NCBI GenBank assembly: GCA_045585835.1
Contig: JAZMZG010000016.1
Coordinates: 46,099 to 110,098, forward strand
Direction of reading: 5' to 3'
From: Eubacteriales bacterium
Lineage (GTDB): Bacteria > Bacillota > Clostridia > Oscillospirales > CAG-272
Length of the DNA: 64,000 nt
This document shows positions 25,324 to 35,203 of the stretch, piece after piece. Within the stretch, counting starts at the first letter, position 1. Each line of letters begins with the position of its first letter. The notes beneath the pieces were generated by a model that was not told where the DNA came from, ran no database searches, and saw only the letters and a program-made list of their open reading frames with translations. The translations under genes and the position numbers were made by a program.

Positions 25324-26580
25324 ATGATACTTGATAACATTTCGGATAATATAACGCTTCTTGCGAAAAAGGCTGAGAAAAAAGCACAAAAAGCATTTGA
25401 GAGAATTGACAAGATAGCTTTTGAAAATCAAAAAAGAGTGCTTTCGGCTTTCGCAAAATATAAGGTTGGCGCAGAGGATCTTTTAGGCACAAACGGCTAT
25501 GGCTACGGCGATAGGGGCAGAGATAAGCTTGAGGAGGTCTACGCTTATCTTTTCGGCGCAGAAAGCGCCTACGTGCGCCACAGCATCGTATCGGGCACGC
25601 ACGCTCTTTGCCTTGGTCTTTTCGGACTTTTAAGGCCGGGCGACGTTATGCTTTCCGTAACAGGAAAGCCTTACGATACCTTGGACGAGCTCGTTTTCGG
25701 TAAAACGGGCAACGGCACCCTTGCCGATTTCGGCGTGGAATATAGGCAGGTCGAGCTCATAGATGGAAAGAAGATAGACCTTGAAGCAGTCGGTGCGGCA
25801 CTTTCTAAAAAAGTAAAGGTCGTATACGTACAGCGCTCAAAGGGGTATATGGACAGAGCGACGCTCTCACCCGGCGAAATAGGTGAGCTTGTCAGCTACG
25901 TTAAGGAAAGAAGCGACGCCTATGTTGTCGTAGACAACTGCTACGGACTTTTTTGCGACCTTTGTGAGCCGACGCATTTCGGCGCAGATCTCTGCATAGG
26001 CTCGCTTATAAAGAACGCCGGCGGCGGTATTGCCCGCACGGGAGGATATATCGTCGGCACGAAGAAAGCTGTAGAGCTTGCCGCTTACAGAGCAACGTCT
26101 CCCGGACTCGGCGCAGAGTGCGGTGCGAGCCTTGATGAAAATCAGTTTATGTACAGGGGGCTGTTTATGGCGCCCCACACGGTTGCACAGGCAGTCAAGA
26201 CTTCGGTATTTGCCGCAGCGCTTTTTGACGAAATGGGTTACGAGGTCTCTCCGTCTTTTAACGAAGAAAGATACGATGTAATTCAGCTTATAAAGCTTGG
26301 CAGTGCAGAAAAGCTGTGTGCTTTTTGTAAAGGGCTTCAGGCGGCATCGCCCATTGACAGCTTTGCGGAGCCTATTCCCGACGATATGGCGGGATATTCG
26401 GACAAGATAATTATGGCGGCGGGCGCATTCGTAATGGGCTCGTCCATTGAGCTTTCCGCAGACGGTCCTTTAAAAGAGCCGTATAACGTATATATGCAGG
26501 GCGGTCTTACCTACGAAAGCGGTAAGCTCGGTATTATTGCCGCCGCAGAAGAAGTATCAAGAGTAAAGGAGGGAGAGTAA
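25324..26580 (+). CDS. Methionine gamma-lyase family / aluminium-resistance (YnbB-like) PLP-dependent protein
   Basis: GTNGYGYGDRGRDKLEEVYAYLFGAESAYVRHSIVSGTHAL is characteristic of this family as I recall it. Confidence 0.75.
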   Translation: MILDNISDNITLLAKKAEKKAQKAFERIDKIAFENQKRVLSAFAKYKVGAEDLLGTNGYGYGDRGRDKLEEVYAYLFGAESAYVRHSIVSGTHALCLGLFGLLRPGDVMLSVTGKPYDTLDELVFGKTGNGTLADFGVEYRQVELIDGKKIDLEAVGAALSKKVKVVYVQRSKGYMDRATLSPGEIGELVSYVKERSDAYVVVDNCYGLFCDLCEPTHFGADLCIGSLIKNAGGGIARTGGYIVGTKKAVELAAYRATSPGLGAECGASLDENQFMYRGLFMAPHTVAQAVKTSVFAAALFDEMGYEVSPSFNEERYDVIQLIKLGSAEKLCAFCKGLQAASPIDSFAEPIPDDMAGYSDKIIMAAGAFVMGSSIELSADGPLKEPYNVYMQGGLTYESGKLGIIAAAEEVSRVKEGE

Positions 26581-27501
26581 ATGCCCATAACCTTACCGGC
26601 GGGACTTCCCGCAATAGAGGCGCTTGAACGTGAGAACGTGTTTACCATAACACAGACACGTGCAACCACGCAGGATATAAGACCGCTTAAAATAGCGGTA
26701 TTAAACCTTATGCCCAACAAGGTCGTTACGGAAACACAGCTTTGCAGAGTACTTTCCAACACCTCCTTGCAGGTAGAGCTCACCTTGCTTTATCCGTACA
26801 GCTATAAATCTCTCCACACCTCCGAGGAGTATATTTCACAGTTTTACCGCAGCACCAAGGACGTTGAAAACGAAAATTTTGACGGACTTATAATAACGGG
26901 TGCGCCCGTAGAGCGCCTTGATTTCAACGAGGTCAGCTATTGGGACGAGCTGTGCAGACTCAACGAATGGGCGAAGACGCACGTATATTCAACGATGTAT
27001 ATATGCTGGGCGGCTTTTGCGGGCCTTTATATGAATCACGGTATACCCAAAGTACCGCTTGCAAAAAAGCTCTCGGGTGTATACGAGCATAAGATAATTA
27101 TGTCTACAAACCCAATAGTGAGAGGCTTTGACGATACGTTTTACGTGCCACATTCCCGTTGGTCAGAGCCTTATGCGGAGGATATTTTGGCTTGTAAGGA
27201 GCTTGATGTTTTGGCAAGCTCGGACGAAGCGGGAATATATCTTGTCGCTTCGAAGGACAACAGACGCTTTTATATAACGGGACATTCTGAGTACGACTAC
27301 AACACACTTGACAGCGAGTACCGACGCGATGTTGCAAAAGACCCCTCTACACCTATACCCGTGCATTATTATCCGAATGACGACAGCAACTCGGTCCCCC
27401 CGAATACTTGGAGAGCGCATTCGCATCTTCTGTTTTCGAATTGGCTCAACTATTGCGTATATCAGGAAACGCCTTATAATTTGGAGTTTTTGAAAAAGTA
27501 A
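26581..27501 (+). CDS. metA: Homoserine O-acyltransferase (MetA family)
   Basis: MPITLPAGLPAIEAL...IRPLKIAVLNLMPNK, ICWAAFAG, HSRWS. Confidence 0.9.
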   Translation: MPITLPAGLPAIEALERENVFTITQTRATTQDIRPLKIAVLNLMPNKVVTETQLCRVLSNTSLQVELTLLYPYSYKSLHTSEEYISQFYRSTKDVENENFDGLIITGAPVERLDFNEVSYWDELCRLNEWAKTHVYSTMYICWAAFAGLYMNHGIPKVPLAKKLSGVYEHKIIMSTNPIVRGFDDTFYVPHSRWSEPYAEDILACKELDVLASSDEAGIYLVASKDNRRFYITGHSEYDYNTLDSEYRRDVAKDPSTPIPVHYYPNDDSNSVPPNTWRAHSHLLFSNWLNYCVYQETPYNLEFLKK

Positions 27502-27511
27502 GGATATTATT

Positions 27512-28771
27512 ATGACGGATTTTTCATCACCTCTTGCGGACAGACTTCGCCCGCAAAGCTTTGACGATATGGTAGGTCAGACAAAGCTTTTCGGCAAAAA
27601 CGGAATAGTCAGAAGGCTTTGCGAGGGCGGTAAGTTTACGAATATGATATTTTACGGGCCCTCGGGCACGGGAAAGACTACGGCGGCGAATATTATTGCG
27701 AAAATGTCGGGACTTCCGCTGCGTAAGCTTAATGCGACCACCGCATCGCTTGCGGATATAAAGGACGTCGTTGCGGAAACGGGGAAGCTTTTTTCTGCGG
27801 GCGGCATACTCTTATATCTTGACGAGATACAATATTTTAATAAGAAGCAGCAGCAGTCACTTCTTGAATATATCGAGGACGGCAGGATAATCCTTATCGC
27901 TTCCACTACGGAAAATCCGCGCTTTTACGTATACGGCGCGCTTTTGTCAAGAAGCAACGTGTTTGAATTCAGACCCGTTAGCCAAAGCGAGATACTGCCC
28001 GTAGCCCATAGAGGTATTGCGGCGTTAAACGCAGATCACGGTACGGAAAAGCGCTTCGGAGAGGGTGCGGCAGAGCACCTTTCGGCAATATGCGGCGGCG
28101 ATGTGAGAAGGCTTTTAAACCTTGTCGAGAGCGCATATTACGCACAGCCCGATGACGTTATTTCGAAAGAAACGGCTTTGTCGCTTTGCGATGCCGCAGG
28201 CGGCAATTACGATAAGGGCGGTGACGAGCATTACGACCTTTTATCAAGCCTCCATAAGTCCATACGAGGCTCCGACCCTGACGCCGCGGTATTTTATCTT
28301 GCACGACTTCTTGATGCGGGAGATATTTTATCCCCCTGCAGAAGACTCCTTTGCATAGCAAACGAGGATATAGGTCTTGCATATTCGCAGGCGGCAGTAA
28401 TAACGAAGGCGTGCGTAGACAGTGCGCTTCAGCTCGGACTGCCCGAAGCAAGACTTCCTCTTGCACACGCCGCTATAATGCTTGCGACCGCACCGAAATC
28501 AAACAGTGCATACCTTGCTATAGCAAAAGCAAGCTCGCTTATAGCAGAGGGCAAGGGAAGAGGATACCCGAGAGCTCTTCAAAATATGCATACGGACGGT
28601 GAAGAGAGAGCAGTAAAGGGACAGAATTACAAATATCCGCACGATTACGAGAATTCGTACGTTACCCAACAGTATCTTCCCGATGATATAAAGGACGAGA
28701 GGATATACGAATACGGCCTAAACAAGAACGAGCAAAGCGCCAAGGCGTATTGGGACAAGATAAAAAAATGA
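27512..28771 (+). CDS. rarA: Replication-associated recombination protein A (MgsA/RarA AAA+ ATPase)
   Basis: LRPQSFDDMVGQ, Walker A GPSGTGKTT, Walker B LYLDEIQYFNK, C-terminal MgsA_C region (HYDLLSSLHKSIRGSDPDAA). Confidence 0.9.
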   Translation: MTDFSSPLADRLRPQSFDDMVGQTKLFGKNGIVRRLCEGGKFTNMIFYGPSGTGKTTAANIIAKMSGLPLRKLNATTASLADIKDVVAETGKLFSAGGILLYLDEIQYFNKKQQQSLLEYIEDGRIILIASTTENPRFYVYGALLSRSNVFEFRPVSQSEILPVAHRGIAALNADHGTEKRFGEGAAEHLSAICGGDVRRLLNLVESAYYAQPDDVISKETALSLCDAAGGNYDKGGDEHYDLLSSLHKSIRGSDPDAAVFYLARLLDAGDILSPCRRLLCIANEDIGLAYSQAAVITKACVDSALQLGLPEARLPLAHAAIMLATAPKSNSAYLAIAKASSLIAEGKGRGYPRALQNMHTDGEERAVKGQNYKYPHDYENSYVTQQYLPDDIKDERIYEYGLNKNEQSAKAYWDKIKK

Positions 28772-28837
28772 GCATACCTCTCTCGCATTTTGTATAAGTC
28801 ATACGGCTTACGGCAAAAATACGGGAGAGGTGATTTT

Positions 28838-29464
28838 GTGTTGACGGTTTTAATTCGCACGGCGATAATATATTTCGTTGCCGTGTTTTCGCTTAAAATA
28901 ATGGGCAAAAGGCAAGTGGGCGAGATGCAGATATCCGAGCTTACCACGGCCGTACTTATGTCAGAGCTACTTGCGGATCCCGCAACCGATCCCGATACCC
29001 CGCTTATTTATGGAATAATAGCCATAAGCGTACTCGTTGCTTTGGAGATAGTCATTTCCTTTCTCGTCACCAAATCGGGAGTGCTTGCCCGCATATTTGA
29101 TAACCGTCCAAGCATAATAATAGAACACGGCAAGGTAAAGCAGAATGAGCTTAAAAAGCTCCGATTCGGCATAAACGAGCTCGTAAGCGAGCTTAGGCAA
29201 AAGGATATTGCCGATATTTCAGACGTTGATTATGCGATATTGGAGCCAAACGGCAAAATAAGCGTGTTTGCGGTAAGTGACGGCGGCATAGCGTTTACGC
29301 TTATCTGCGACGGCGAATATTGCTTTTCGGGAATGAACGCCGCAAGCATAACGAAAAAGGATATCGAAAAAGAGCTTAAAAAGAAGAAGCTGAAGCTTTC
29401 CGAGGTATTTTTGATGACGAAGAGCGCAGACGGAAGCTATAAAGTGATAAAGAGGGAGATATAA
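28838..29464 (+). CDS. DUF421 (YetF-like) membrane protein
   Basis: LKIMGKRQVGEMQISELTTAVLMSE pattern. GTG 28838 follows GGAGAGG; the longer ORF from 28790 lacks an SD. Confidence 0.7.
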   Translation: MLTVLIRTAIIYFVAVFSLKIMGKRQVGEMQISELTTAVLMSELLADPATDPDTPLIYGIIAISVLVALEIVISFLVTKSGVLARIFDNRPSIIIEHGKVKQNELKKLRFGINELVSELRQKDIADISDVDYAILEPNGKISVFAVSDGGIAFTLICDGEYCFSGMNAASITKKDIEKELKKKKLKLSEVFLMTKSADGSYKVIKREI

Positions 29465-29832
29465 TGAGAGCTGCAATTTCGGCAATCTGTATTTTATGCA
29501 TTATGACCGCCCTTTGCTTTTTTTCTTCAAACAAAATAAACGATATTTGCAAGGAAACGGAGATGTTCGTTGAAAGCCTCCCCGAAAGTACAAAGGGAGT
29601 TGATCTCGAAAAGTGCCAAAGCGCCGTGGATAAATGGAAAGAGAAAAGCGCATTTTTAAGTTATTTTATAAGTTCCGGAAGCATTTCAGAGATTACCGAG
29701 GCGCTTTTGACCGTAAGAAATTCCGTCGCTACGGAAAGTGACGACGAATTTGCGGGTGCAAAGGCAAAGCTTGCAGCTGAGCTTGCGCTTATGAGAGATG
29801 CGGAAAATTTGAGATTCGACAATATTTTTTAA
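29464..29832 (+). CDS. DUF4363 family protein
   Basis: N-terminal anchor plus a helical domain. ATG overlaps the DUF421 stop (TAATG). This pairing is common in Clostridia as far as I recall. Confidence 0.6.
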   Translation: MRAAISAICILCIMTALCFFSSNKINDICKETEMFVESLPESTKGVDLEKCQSAVDKWKEKSAFLSYFISSGSISEITEALLTVRNSVATESDDEFAGAKAKLAAELALMRDAENLRFDNIF

Positions 29833-29843
29833 AAGGTGATGTT

Positions 29844-30326
29844 ATGACCTATAAGTGTAGACCCGATATGAGACTTACACCGTTTACCTTTTCACTGTTG
29901 CTTGTTGTATCGACCTTGTGTCTGTGCGAGGGAGCTAAAAGAGAGGGTAGGGCGATGTGGCTTCTTTTTGCTCTTGCGGCGCTATTTATTGCGGCGTCTT
30001 TAGCTATTGCAAACAGATATATGTTCTATCGCTACATCTACGTGCTTTCTGCGGACGGACTGAAGATTTACCGCATAAGAGGCATGGCGAGCACACTCCT
30101 TGCGAACGTCACTCTTTACGAGTGCCTTGCGCTCGTGAAAAGGGAGGAGGACTTTTCCACGGGCTCGGATAGGTATAAAATATATAATCACACGCAAAAT
30201 CTTTTTCCGAAAAACACGAGGTATTTGTATTTTGAGAGTATCGGCGAAAAGGGTGTTATGCGCCTTGAAGCAAGCGACGAGTTTTACTCAATGCTTTTGA
30301 GGCTTATGCCGTCGAAGGAAGTTTGA
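29844..30326 (+). CDS. Hypothetical membrane protein (two TM helices plus a small soluble domain)
   Basis: SD AAAGGTG precedes the ATG. Two hydrophobic helices. No family recognised. Confidence 0.6.
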   Translation: MTYKCRPDMRLTPFTFSLLLVVSTLCLCEGAKREGRAMWLLFALAALFIAASLAIANRYMFYRYIYVLSADGLKIYRIRGMASTLLANVTLYECLALVKREEDFSTGSDRYKIYNHTQNLFPKNTRYLYFESIGEKGVMRLEASDEFYSMLLRLMPSKEV

Positions 30327-30339
30327 AATAACATTGAAA

Positions 30340-30370
30340 GGCGGGAGGCTTACCTCCCGCCTTTTGTTTT
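30340..30370 (+). terminator. Intrinsic terminator
   Basis: GGCGGGAGG-CTTA-CCTCCCGCC followed by TTTTGTTTT. Confidence 0.85.
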
Positions 30371-30489
30371 AAAGAAAGTGCACTGTGCAAATTTAACTAT
30401 AAATCGCCATTTTGGGCAAAGCAGAGGGTGCCGATTTTTATGCAAGTTGATGTTTTTTGAGAAAAATTAAATTTAAATTGCAAAAACTA

Positions 30490-30517
30490 TTGACATTACG
30501 TAAAGTTATGGTATAAT
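30490..30517 (+). promoter_or_regulatory. Strong sigma-A type promoter with no long ORF downstream
   Basis: TTGACA (30490-30495), 16-nt spacer, TGgTATAAT (-10 at 30512-30517). Confidence 0.65.
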
Positions 30518-30523
30518 TTAGAC

Positions 30524-30871
30524 AAGGAAAGAGATAAAAACGGTTGAAAAACCGTCAATGTACACAAAAGTTCTGTTTTTATATAATTATTCTAAAAAGG
30601 AAGGAGAAGTGATACCGTTGGCAAGTGAAGAACAAAGTTTGAATGCGTCGAAGGCTGTATAAGATGTAGTTTAAACGAAAGAGGAAATTTTGATATAGGT
30701 TTGACTGAAAGATTCGCAAAACAAAATAATTCATCGGAAAATTTAATATAAAATTCAATATATAGTCTAATAAAACAACAGCGAATTTAGTAACGAATTT
30801 GATACCAAATGAATAATGGCATCATTTATACGGTCTTCGACGCACGCGGTGGTTGCCGCGTGTGTTTTTTT
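30524..30871 (+). ncRNA. Candidate small RNA or small-peptide transcript (about 350 nt), family unknown
   Basis: Bounded by the consensus promoter and the terminator at 30841-30871. Only very short ORFs lie inside it. Confidence 0.35.
30841..30871 (+). terminator. Intrinsic terminator of the orphan unit
   Basis: CGCACGCGG-TGGTTG-CCGCGTGTG followed by T7. Confidence 0.8.
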
Positions 30872-30873
30872 GC

Positions 30874-30906
30874 AAAAAAATCCCCCTGCCAATGCGGCAG
30901 AGGGAA
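30874..30906 (-). terminator. Intrinsic terminator of pheST
   Basis: On the minus strand: CCCTCTGCC-GCATT-GGCAGGGGG followed by ATTTTTTT, directly after the pheT stop. Confidence 0.85.
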
Positions 30907-30911
30907 ATTTT

Positions 30912-33293
30912 TTATCTTCTGAGGGTTGCGCCGAGGCTTTCTGCTGCGGCAATAACTTTCTTTGAAATTTCTTCGGCTTCATCGTCTGTAAGCGTTCTGT
31001 CGGGTGCGCGCAAGGTGAGGCTGTACGCGAGGCTCTTATTATCACCGAGTGCTTCGGATTCATACAGGTCAAAGAGCTTGACGCTTTCGGCAAACTTGCC
31101 GGCCGCCGATTTTATGGCTTCGCAAAGACGTGCGCTTTCGAGGCTCTTTTTGCAGATAAACGCAAAGTCTCTCGTTGCGGCGGGGAATTTGGGAAGAGGT
31201 GTATATTCTCTCTTGAAGTTGCAATGAGCAAAGAGAGTATCGAAATCTATCTGTGCGATATACATTTCGCCCTCTGCACCGAAGTTTTTCACGGTTTCGG
31301 GGTGAGCTTGACCGAGGGTTGCCAAAAGCTCGTCGCCGATATACATATTTGCACATCTTCCGCTGTGGAAGGTCACGTTATCCTTGCAAGCGGTGATCTT
31401 TGCATCTTCGATGCCCGAGAGCTTCAAAAGCTTGTTAATGATTCCCGCAAGCGTATAGAAATCGCAGTCGCCGTAAATGCCGAGGGTGACTTTGACCTTC
31501 TCGTCGGGAAGCTCATTAATATCCTCTTTGGGAATATAAACCTTTGCAATTTCGTAGAATCTTGCGCTCTTGTTGCGGAAGTTGTAGTTTCTTGCAAGTA
31601 CTTCCATCATACCCGAAAGCGCCGTCGTTCTCATAACGCTCGTATCCTCGCCCAAGGGATTTTTGATGGTCACGCATTTTCTGTATGAGCTATCCTCGGG
31701 CAAACGGAGCTTATCGTAGCTCTTGGGGCTTATGAACGAATAGGTATATATCTCGGAAAGTCCCATACCCGTAAGCATAGCGTTTAAATCTCTTATATAC
31801 TTTTGCTTTTGTGTGAGTCCGCCCGTTGTGGATGCACCTGCGATGGGCGTTGAAACGATATTGTTATATCCGTATATACGTGCGACCTCTTCTGCGATAT
31901 CGGCGCATCTTTCAACGTCCTCTCTGTACGAGGGAACGTATACTTTGCCGTCCTTTATCTTAAACTCAAGCGCAGTGAGCACCTTTTCCATGTATTCCTC
32001 GGAAAGCCCCGTGCCTAAAAGCTCGTTTATCTTTGCGCTGTCAAAGGGGATAACGGTCTGCTCTTTTTTTGCGGGATATACGTCGATTATGCCGTTTACG
32101 ACCTCGCCCGCTCCGAGCATTTCAACGAGCTCGCAAGCTCTTTCGAGCGCTGCATAAGTGTTTTCTCTGTCAAGTCCTTTTTCAAATCTTCCGGAGCTTT
32201 CGGTTCTGATACCGAGTGCTCTTGAGGTCGTACGGACGCAAGGACCGTCGAAGCATGCGCTTTCGAATATAACGGTTTTGGTCGTATCCTTTATGTCGGA
32301 ATTTGCACCGCCCATAACGCCTGCGAGTGCAACAGGCTTATTCTCGTCTGCGATAACGAGCATATTCTCCGAAAGCTTGTACTCCTTATCGTCGAGCGTC
32401 TGCATAGGCTCGTCTTTTTCTGCAAGGCGCACGTTTATCTTCTTGCCCTCAAGGCAGGAATAGTCAAATGCATGCATAGGCTGACCGTATTCGAGCATTA
32501 CGTAGTTTGTAATGTCAACGATATTGTTGATGGGGCGAACTCCCGATGCACGAAGACGAGCACGGAGCCAAAGGGGAGAGGGTTCTATTTTTACGTTCTT
32601 TACGGCTCTTGCGGTATATCTGAAGCAAAGCTCGGGGTTCTTAATTTCAACGTCGAGATAATTTTCAATTTTATCTCCGTCGCCGCAGCCCTTTACTTCG
32701 GGGGTGTGAAGTCTTATGGGCTTATCGAACGACACCGCACTTTCCTTTGCAAGACCGATAACGCAAAGGCAGTCGGGACGGTTGGGGGTTATCTCAAACT
32801 CAACGACCGTATCACGCATATCGAGCGCATCTCTTATATCGTCGCCTATTTTGCAAGGCTCCTTTAAAATAAGTATACCGTCATCTGCGCCGTAGGGCAC
32901 GTCGTTTTGCGTAAGTCCGAGCTCGTGGAAGGAGCAGAACATACCCTCCGAAACTACGCCGCGAAGCTTGCCTTTTGTGATTTTAGTTCCGTCAGCGAGA
33001 GTGGATTTATGTCTTGCTACGGGAACGAGTGCATCAACAACGAGATTCGTTGCGGCGGTTACTATCTGTATGGGCTCTGCTTCGCCCACGTCTACCTTAC
33101 ATACGGTAAGTCTGTCGGCGTCGGGATGCTTTTCAAGAGAAAGCACCTTGCCCACCATAACATTTTCTATATTTTCCGAGAGCATTTCGAAGCCTTCGAC
33201 CTTTGAACCGGTATCCGTCATTCTGTCGCAATATTCTTTAGCCGTAACGTCGATGTCAACGTATTCGGAAAGCCATTTTAAAGATAAATTCAT
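30912..33293 (-). CDS. pheT: Phenylalanine--tRNA ligase beta subunit
   Basis: MNLSLKWLSEYVD N-terminus, tRNA-binding, B3/4 and B5 regions; length 793 aa. Follows pheS. Confidence 0.95.
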   Translation of the reverse strand: MNLSLKWLSEYVDIDVTAKEYCDRMTDTGSKVEGFEMLSENIENVMVGKVLSLEKHPDADRLTVCKVDVGEAEPIQIVTAATNLVVDALVPVARHKSTLADGTKITKGKLRGVVSEGMFCSFHELGLTQNDVPYGADDGILILKEPCKIGDDIRDALDMRDTVVEFEITPNRPDCLCVIGLAKESAVSFDKPIRLHTPEVKGCGDGDKIENYLDVEIKNPELCFRYTARAVKNVKIEPSPLWLRARLRASGVRPINNIVDITNYVMLEYGQPMHAFDYSCLEGKKINVRLAEKDEPMQTLDDKEYKLSENMLVIADENKPVALAGVMGGANSDIKDTTKTVIFESACFDGPCVRTTSRALGIRTESSGRFEKGLDRENTYAALERACELVEMLGAGEVVNGIIDVYPAKKEQTVIPFDSAKINELLGTGLSEEYMEKVLTALEFKIKDGKVYVPSYREDVERCADIAEEVARIYGYNNIVSTPIAGASTTGGLTQKQKYIRDLNAMLTGMGLSEIYTYSFISPKSYDKLRLPEDSSYRKCVTIKNPLGEDTSVMRTTALSGMMEVLARNYNFRNKSARFYEIAKVYIPKEDINELPDEKVKVTLGIYGDCDFYTLAGIINKLLKLSGIEDAKITACKDNVTFHSGRCANMYIGDELLATLGQAHPETVKNFGAEGEMYIAQIDFDTLFAHCNFKREYTPLPKFPAATRDFAFICKKSLESARLCEAIKSAAGKFAESVKLFDLYESEALGDNKSLAYSLTLRAPDRTLTDDEAEEISKKVIAAAESLGATLRR

Positions 33294-33308
33294 CGTATTG
33301 CTCCTTTC

Positions 33309-34328
33309 TTAAAACTGCTCGATAAAGCGCTTATCGTTCTCGTAAAGAAGGCGCATATCGCTTATGGAGTATTTTCTCATCGCAATTCTTTCGATTCCAA
33401 GCCCGAAAGCAAAGCCCGAATATTCCTCGGGGTCGATTCCGCACTCCTCCAATACGTGAGGGTGTACCATTCCCGCACCGAGAATCTCGATATAGCCTTC
33501 ACCCTTGCAAAGCGGGCAGCCCTTGCCGCCGCACATAAAGCAAGATACGTCAACCTCTGCAGAAGGCTCTGTAAAGGGGAAGTGGTGAGGACGAAGTCTT
33601 ATCTTCGTATCGTCACCAAAGAGCTTTTTGGCAAGTGTTTCAAGGCAGTCCTTTAAATTGCCCATAGTTATCTTTTTATCGACTACAAGTCCCTCAAGCT
33701 GATGGAACATAGGCGAGTGAGTTGCATCCACCGCGTCGCTTCTGTAAACTCTGCCGGGAGCTATCATTCTGATGGGGGGCTTTGCGTCTTTCATAACACG
33801 TATCTGCATACCCGAGGTCTGCGTGCGAAGAAGGATATTATCCGTGATGTAGAACGTATCTTGGGTATCTCTTGCAGGGTGAGACGCGGGGATATTAAGC
33901 GCTTCGAAGTTGTAGTAGTCAAGCTCTACTTCGGGACCTTCCGCAACCGTATAGCCCATTCCGACGAAGATATCGACAAGCTCCTCTTCTACGAGCGCCA
34001 AGGGGTGACGCTTACCGATGGGAAGCTCTGCGGGGGGAACGGTTACGTCAATAGTCTCGGAAAGAAGCTTTTTAGCCGAAAGCTCTGCTTGAAGGCTTTG
34101 GTTTTTCTCGGAAAGCTTTTCTTCGATAAACGCTCTTACGCTGTTTGCGAGCTGCCCCATAACGGGACGCTCTTCGGGAGTGAGCTTGCCCATCTCTCTC
34201 AAAACGGCAGTAAGCTCGCCTTTTTTACCTAAATACTTAACCTTAAATTGTTCAAGTGCAGAGATCTGTGATATTTCAGAAAGCTCTGCTTGGGCTCTGT
34301 TCTTGATCTGCTCAAGAAGCTGTTTCAT
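33309..34328 (-). CDS. pheS: Phenylalanine--tRNA ligase alpha subunit
   Basis: Class II motifs [11 protein letters not shown], FRxE-type region, [20 protein letters not shown]. Confidence 0.95.
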   Translation of the reverse strand: MKQLLEQIKNRAQAELSEISQISALEQFKVKYLGKKGELTAVLREMGKLTPEERPVMGQLANSVRAFIEEKLSEKNQSLQAELSAKKLLSETIDVTVPPAELPIGKRHPLALVEEELVDIFVGMGYTVAEGPEVELDYYNFEALNIPASHPARDTQDTFYITDNILLRTQTSGMQIRVMKDAKPPIRMIAPGRVYRSDAVDATHSPMFHQLEGLVVDKKITMGNLKDCLETLAKKLFGDDTKIRLRPHHFPFTEPSAEVDVSCFMCGGKGCPLCKGEGYIEILGAGMVHPHVLEECGIDPEEYSGFAFGLGIERIAMRKYSISDMRLLYENDKRFIEQF

Positions 34329-34360
34329 AGTCTTTCTCCTTTTTGTTGTTACTTAAACAT

Positions 34361-34617
34361 AAAAAAATCGCCCCGACATATCGGGACGAAAAAAATTCCG
34401 CGGTACCACCCTGATTCTGACAAATATAGTCAGCACTCAAAAGCCGATAACGGAGCCACCCGTGATGTACTCAAGCCTTGAAATGAATTTCAGACAAAGT
34501 GAAATGAGAATATGCCGTATCTAAACCGCTTTCAGCTTAATCGGTCCTCTCTGTGAGATACTCTTTAGCATAGCTCTGTCTTTGCCATAGGCATTTATAT
34601 ATGGGCGAAATTTGCTA
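34361..34617 (-). promoter_or_regulatory. T-box riboswitch leader (Phe specifier inferred)
   Basis: On the minus strand: AATCAGGGTGGTACCGCGG T-box sequence (34398-34416), then terminator UCGUCCCGA-UAUG-UCGGGGCGA plus U7 (34361-34390). A candidate UUC-A specifier lies at 34501-34503. Confidence 0.85.
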
Positions 34618-34623
34618 CAATAT

Positions 34624-34652
34624 ATTAAATCATCATTTACGAAAAATGTCAA
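34624..34652 (-). promoter_or_regulatory. Sigma-A type promoter of the pheST T-box leader
   Basis: On the minus strand: TTGACA (34647-34652), 17-nt spacer, TTTAAT (34624-34629). Confidence 0.5.
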
Positions 34653-34716
34653 GTCCTTTAATAAGAATAAAAGTCTGATTTTCGGGAAAGCTATTAAAAA
34701 CTAAAAGGAGATAATT

Positions 34717-35142
34717 ATGCAAGATACGGTAAAGCTTTTAAAGGAATGTGACTCGGGAATTAAAATGGGCATCGAGGCTATTGACGAGGTGCTTGATAAG
34801 GTCGGTGACGAAGACCTAAAAAAAGCGCTTTCCGAGTGTCGTAAGGAGCACGTAAAGCTTGGCGAGGAGATATACGAGCTCTTGGAAAAGCACGGTGCTA
34901 CGGGAAAGGAGCCAAACCCCATCGCTTCGGGTATGTCGTGGATGAAAACAAACATCAAAATGGGAATAGACTTCAGTGACCAAACGGTTGCGGATCTGAT
35001 TTTTGACGGCTGTTATATGGGAATAAAGTCACTTACACGCTATCTTAACAAGTACGATGCAAGCGACAAAGCACGTGATATAGCAAGAAGGCTTATAGCG
35101 GGCGAAGAACAGCTTGCAAGCAGAATGAAGGAGTTTTTATAA
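34717..35142 (+). CDS. Hypothetical protein, probably all-helical (141 aa)
   Basis: ATG follows AAAGGAG. Amphipathic heptad-like composition. No family confidently recognised. Confidence 0.6.
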   Translation: MQDTVKLLKECDSGIKMGIEAIDEVLDKVGDEDLKKALSECRKEHVKLGEEIYELLEKHGATGKEPNPIASGMSWMKTNIKMGIDFSDQTVADLIFDGCYMGIKSLTRYLNKYDASDKARDIARRLIAGEEQLASRMKEFL

Positions 35143-35148
35143 TATTTC

Positions 35149-35195
35149 TTGACAATTTTTCCGCTGTTTGATAAAGTTATATTATCAAACAGCGG
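35149..35195 (+). promoter_or_regulatory. Promoter (TTGACA, 17 nt, TGaTAAAGT) overlapped by a 14-bp perfect inverted repeat
   Basis: CCGCTGTTTGATAA-AGTTATA-TTATCAAACAGCGG at 35161-35195. The -35 is at 35149-35154. Confidence 0.5.
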
Positions 35196-35203
35196 AGAGG
35201 GAT

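Noticed and set aside
30543-30662. Small ORFs in the orphan transcript: a 22-codon TTG frame, and 34-codon ATG and 17-codon GTG versions of a single frame.
   Set aside because: None has a convincing start context. The ATG at 30558 lacks an SD, and the GTG at 30609 is only 2 nt from the GGAG core. I list them in the finding but do not call them as CDS.
30767-31093. A 108-aa minus-strand ORF spanning the pheT 3' end and both terminators. A 36-codon Cys-rich plus-strand frame from 30809 was also noticed here.
   Set aside because: Both read through two back-to-back terminator hairpins, and the Cys and Gly codons come from the GC-rich stems. Neither has an SD.
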